Shown here: one piece after another, positions 58,640-64,000 of the stretch
Layout: the number at the start of each line of letters is the position of its first letter
Position numbering within the stretch: position 1 is the first letter of the stretch
Assembly: GCA_037447605.1 (NCBI GenBank)
Contig: CM074808.1
Location: 496,001-560,000, forward strand
Direction: 5' to 3'
DNA: 64,000 bases
Origin: Zygnema circumcarinatum SAG 698-1b
Lineage: Eukaryota > Plantae > Zygnematophyceae
The notes under the pieces: generated by a model
Seen by the model: the letters and a program-made list of their open reading frames with translations, nothing else
Told to the model about the DNA's origin: nothing
Databases searched by the model: none
Translations under genes and position numbers: made by a program

Positions 58640-60305
58640 TGTCCCAAACAGTTGTACGGCCTCTAGCGCTGTACAACAAAACAAGACGGCACCTAAGGCA
58701 AATCCCGAAGCATCACAAACCACTTCATAAGGTTTGGACGGGTCCGCTAACCGGAGAGTGGGTGCGGTAACCAGGGCATGGCGTACACCCTCGAACGCGT
58801 CCTGGCATTCAGGGGTCCATGTGAAGGGGACACCGGAACGTGTCAAATTAGTCAAGGGAGTAACCAACGTACTAAACCCTTAGATGAACTTACGAAAATA
58901 ATTCGCAAATCCCAAGAAAGACCTCAACTGATGCAAGTCAGTCGGTGGTGCCCAAGTTTCTACCGCTGAAACTTTGGCAGGATCAGGCCGAAGACCCTGA
59001 TCGTTGAGGATATGCCCAAGGTAAAGCAACTCGCGTTGCATGAAGTGACACTTCTTCCTCTTGGCATAAAATTGGTGTTTCCTCAGGGTCTCAAACACTT
59101 TCCGAACGTGTTCAAGATGTTCCTCCTCTGTCTTACTGAAGACAAGGATATCATCGAGGTAAACCAAAACAAACTCGTCCATGCCGATGAACATTTCGTT
59201 CATGACAGCCTGGAAAGTCGCCGGAGCATTAGTCAATCCAAAGGGCAACACCTTGTATTGGAAATGACCAATACAGTAGAACTATGATTTTTGGTACATA
59301 AACTTAAAGTGGCAACACGGATCTGATATTTTACGAGCAAGATCGGTGAAGTAAACACTTTGGCCGTGAAGGCGATCCAGCAGATCATCAATGCGTGGTA
59401 AAAGCAAAACGGTTCTTTACGGTGATCTTGTTGAGTGCGCGATAATCAATGCACATCCTCAACGAGCCATCTTTCTTCCCAACAAACAAGATGGGCGCCC
59501 CAAAGGGGCTCTGACTGGGTTCTATCCAGCCCTTTTCACGTAAAGTTGCCAACTGCTTTCGCATCTCTTCGGTTTCTTTCGGACTTAACCGATAGATCGG
59601 CCGCCAAGGCGGCTTTTGCTCAGGTTCAAGAGGGATTGTATGCCCCCCTCCTCGGGAGGGTGGCAACCCTCTTGGAAGGTCATCAGGGAAGACATCCCTG
59701 AACTCGTCCAACAGAGGTTGGATTTGGGATGGAACAGCCGAGAGCACATCTGTAGGTGTGATCTGCCATTCTTGATCTTCGTCATGCACATCCTCAGTGG
59801 CTGCCATGACATGCACCATAAACAAGGTGCAACCCTCCTTTACGGCTTTGGCCAATTGCATGGCCGAGCAGAGATAAGGAGTAACATCCTGCGTGGTAGC
59901 AGTGGTGGGTGGTTTACCGGGGTGCAGTGTGATGCGCCGATCACCACTGCGAAGAATGCAGTGTGGGATGGAAAAGTCCAATTGGGCGTTGACCATGGTT
60001 AACCAAGCACTCCCTAAAATAACATCTGTACCAGAGGCCAGTTGTGTCAGAAGACACTTCACTGCCCCGGAGTAGGATTGGAGCTTGATCTTGAGTGTGA
60101 CGATGCCAGAGATCTGGCCCTTGCGTCCATCCCCGAAAGTAACACTTTCTGAATGGGGATCTGTGGTCAATTGAAATCTCTGGGTGAATGCAGAGCTAAC
60201 AAAGTTAGCATCTGCCCCAGTATCTAGCAGTATAACTGCTGGGTGGCCATTGGCTGAACCGATGAAGGTCATGGCACGATGGGCAAGGTGGAACATAGAT
60301 CGCAC
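58640..60305 (-). mobile_element. Different Ty3/gypsy family (chromovirus-like pol) fragment: protease, RT, start of RNase H
   Basis: [71 protein letters not shown]; frameshifted. Confidence 0.9.
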
Positions 60306-60312
60306 TATATGC

Positions 60313-63300
60313 TGTTAGTGTTAGTGTGCTATAGTTAGACATTGTACGGGTTCACACTAACATTGTTGTGGTCCTCAGTTGGGAAACATGAGATCTGCTA
60401 GTAGTGTTCCCTGGAAATGCAATTAGGGCCAAATATGGTGTAGCCCGTGCGGCTTTTGAGCGGAGGATATTCGGTGATGTCGGTGAACAGCGTCGGACCC
60501 TTAGTGCGGTCCGACGACCCCGAATCAACTCTGGAGGGAAGCTGAGTCGGCAGCCTGTGGACAAGTGTGAGCGGCGCGGTAAATCACGGCAACGGAGATT
60601 ACGTGTCCTTGAACTGGCCCATGAATAATGTATGCAGTGCCTTGTAACAGGCCTATCTTGTAGCCTTGTGAAGCTGGCGGGCAGCGTCTGGGGCGAAGTA
60701 GCGAGAGATTCTAACGCCTTCGAGAGCAGACGGCAAGATTGAGATAAGCGGAGCTATGCGAACGGCTGATGCGTCGTCTTGCGTAGGTTGCGAAACCGCA
60801 AAGCTAGATGTTGAAGCTTAGCGTACCACAACTGCTTGAAGCATAGGCGGCCGTGACGTGACATCGGTAACAAAGTATCACATGCTTCAACCATGGCGGT
60901 ATATAGAGTTTAACTTTGTTATGAAGATAACCACATTAGACCTCTGTTAGTCAGTGACTTGTGCATTGCACTTTCGTGTTCTGGGGCATACAGCGTGTGC
61001 AGGTGGTAGTAAGGGGAGAGTAGCTAGTGAGGGGAGAACTTCATGTGGGTGACATTCTTATTATAAAGGAGTTTTAGAGCCGTGAGCTTTCTCATACTCT
61101 AGAGTGTGTGATTTCATTTGTGCTTTCGTCTCGTTCATTACGTGAGTTATGGGCTATGAGTGAAGTGAGATAGAGTGAGAGAGAGTGAAGATGTCTTCAT
61201 GGGGTGGGAACGGGAGTTCAATGGGCTGACCATAGCGGTGTACTTAGGAAGCGGCGAGCAGATCCGGACTCCAACAAGTGGTATCGAGAGCCAATGGTGG
61301 CGGCGAGGACCCGCGTGAAGTTCGGTATTCAGCGTGGCGGTCCAGACCTACAAAAGAGTGGAATGGCGGCTGAACCGGCACTTTCGTGGGCAAAAGGGGC
61401 GTTGGGAATGCGTCAGCGGCACCATCAAGGCACGGTGCTTTCTGGGAGAACCTGGCTGAGGCAGCAGTCGGAACCGCGAAGTGGCTCGCCCGAGATGGGT
61501 GCCAAGGACAACAAAGCGCTCACTCAGATCGTCATGAGTGTGAGGGGAAGTCCTTCGTCCATGCTGTATGATCTCAAGACCTCACATGCTATGTGGAGGT
61601 GCTTAGAAAGAAGATGTATGATGTGGGGATAATAGCGTCCGCGATAGTGAGTGCTTTACCTTGACTTGGGAAGATAAAGATGACTTGAGGATGGCGAGTG
61701 AATATATAGTCCAGGTTTGATACCTTGATGGAGAGGTTCATAGCTCTACAGAAACCGTTAGAGAGTGACCATAAGATCAGCCAGTTCTTAGGGGGACTGA
61801 CATCCAGATTTGATATAGCAGTCGCAGCGCTTAGGACTGTCGTAACGAACTCGAAAATGACCATTGAGCAAGTGAAGGCGGAGGATCAAGGGAGGAGGAC
61901 ACCGTCCAGACAGGAACACCCAGGAGAAGGTCTTGTAGCTGCACTCCGCATTAAGACCGAAGGGAGGTGCCGAGGTAGGACCCGAGGAGCGCCTAGCGGG
62001 GCGTCTTTACGTGTGGCAAGGCAGCCACTACTAGAGGCCCCAACTGCAACAAGAGTCCCCAAGGCCGGGGAGGAGGCGGCGCCCGGCATTACCGGCAGAA
62101 GAAGGCTTCAAGGGGATACGCTTCAAGTGCAAGAAGCGGAGTCTGAAGCACCCGGGTGAGAGGGTGAAGATGAGACCAATCTGATGATGGGCGAAGGCGA
62201 AGGTTCGACTTTGTTGGGAAGATCGAGTTCGAGGATCTGAAGCGGCCACAGTTGTCGACTCGGCTTCCACACATGTGGCGACAAGCGGAATGTTCTCCCG
62301 CGTTGGACCATTTGGAAGACTACGTCTGTTCACTTTCGGCTGACGGAGAGGGTAGCGGATCCGCGAGATTAGGTAGTTAGATGATTCTCGGAGAGCGGCT
62401 CTGTCATCTGAAGAGGAGAGAAGGCGTTTGTGTATACGGTGATGTACTCCACACCCCGGCGCTGAGAACTTCATGTCTGATTGCTTGAGTGTGTAAGAGT
62501 GCGAGATCGCGTTCAAAAGGAGAGATCTTAGCGTAGCTACTCGCCCATTGGCGGGGAAGCGGTACATTTGAGGGGTATGAAGGGAGGCACGTATTATCTT
62601 CATTATAGAAAGGGCCGAGGAGGATGAAGATGTGATGGGCGTGGCTGAAAGCGCCATAAATCTGGCATGGTAGACTTGGACATCTTAACCATGGGGGTTG
62701 CAACAACACTGGCACGCTAAGGGGCTGGTCCGTGGGTTAGGCGTAGATGTAGGTGGAAGAACCGGCTTTTCTTGAGGTGTGTAGGGGAAGGCGCATCGAA
62801 ACCATTAGCGAGGCGGAGGCGTACCGTCGCAGCGAGGGAAAGCTGAGTTGGTTTCACACCCGACCTTTGTGGCCCATTGACACGACAGCAGTGGAGGAGC
62901 TTCGATTGCTTCATCACTTTTCTCGATGATTTTTCGAGGAAGGGTAGGTGAAAATTCAAGAACAAGTAGAGGCTTCGGGCCTTGAGATTGGCAGAACTTC
63001 GAGATGGAGGCGAGAAGGCGAACTGGCCCGAAGACTTCTGCTTTCGGACAGCGGAGGGAGTTCAAGTCGAAGGAGGTTCGGCAGTACCTCAAGACTCGTG
63101 GAATTGAAGCATGAACTATACACTCTACTCCCCTCAAAAGTAATGGAGCTCTTCCGAAGAGATGCAAATAGGGCGTTGGGGACATGGCGGACCATGCTCA
63201 TAGATTCCCCCTTCCCGGCTTCTTTCTGGGGAGAGGCGGTGATGACCGCAGCTTACCTTAGGAATAGATGCCCATCTTCTGTGCTCAAGGACCAGGTTCC

Positions 63301-63343
63301 TGAGGAGGTGTGGAGTGGGAGAAAGCCCGCGGTTTCCCACTGA
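60313..63343 (+). mobile_element. Degenerate Ty1/copia element: LTR, PBS, gag, integrase
   Basis: LTR ~60313-61276 (TGTTAG...CCAACA), PBS TGGTATCGAGAGCC at 61279, UBN2-type gag (DNKALTQIV...KTSHAMW), WHGRLGHLN (~62665), FWGEAVMTAAYLRNRCPS...PEEVWSGRKP. Confidence 0.85.
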
Positions 63344-64000
63344 AGAGGAGAGAGAGGCTTTGGGCCTTGGCTGGCGGTCGGCGATCTTGAGGCGGAGCGA
63401 GAAGAAGGAAGTTTGACCCATGACCCGTTGAGATATGTTCTCCGGCTACAACATGAACCGCAGTGGCACCCTCTGAGGATTTGGAACATGTGGCGAAGGA
63501 AGTCGCGAGCTTCGAGGGACATCGCGGTGTGGGCGAGAAAAGGCGGTAACTGCGGCTAGGTGAGACCCGGCCCAGGCGAGAGATTGGAGATTGTGTATGA
63601 GGGCGTGGAACCCGGCGGAGAAGGCGTTGAAGCCTCTGGGACCGGCTTTGGAGGAGGTCGGCATCAGGGCCCGAAGGCGACTTCGGGAGGCGTCTTGCGG
63701 CGATAAAGGCGGTCCCGAACCGAGAAGTGCATAAGCGAAGAGCAGGAGAAATGAAGCGGAGAGCGGCCCACTACACACTCACTGTCGGATGAGGAAGACT
63801 ACGGTCAGCCTTACCTTTACGCGGGCGAAGTGAGGACTTAGATATGGCCAGAAGAGCAGCGATGAGGCGAGGATGCCTCGAGTTTGTTCCGAATTTTCTT
63901 CAACTTCGAGGAAGTGGGGAGAACGCAAGGGCCGTGAGGAGGAGCACCCGTGTGGTGAGGAGCCACGAGCGATACGGGCGTCCATGAACTAACGATGCGG

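Noticed and set aside
63344-64000. GC-rich sequence after the copia integrase with short minus-strand ORFs
   Set aside because: No RT, RNase H or LTR motif recognised; the window ends before it can be classified.

Overview
Eukaryotic nuclear DNA from a green plant. Gene content (TBL acetyltransferase, DUF1639, MAPKKK15-18-like kinase, plastid UPP and NAGK) and the intron-rich, microsatellite-rich style fit a streptophyte alga or non-seed plant; this assignment is inference. Bases 1-37.6 kb are gene-dense with nine genes I could reconstruct: TBL (+), RF-1-domain peptidyl-tRNA hydrolase (+), MAPKKK (+), DUF1639 (+), SelS-like membrane protein (-), UPP (+), NAGK (-), intronless class-3 lipase (+) and ZCRB1/U11-U12-31K (-). 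From about 37.7 kb to the end there are only nested transposons: a LINE RT fragment, Ty3/gypsy elements, Ty1/copia elements and a GATAC/palindrome-array repeat family. That part has N-gaps, many indels and a ~3.3 kb block present twice, so it is probably a noisy or under-collapsed assembly. The most striking observation is a gypsy family with an A-PBS-gag/pol-B-GA-A-B 'split' terminal structure. A 9-bp segment (TGTGCTACA) ends the 3' LTRs, is missing from the 5' LTR, and recurs where the polypurine tract should be.
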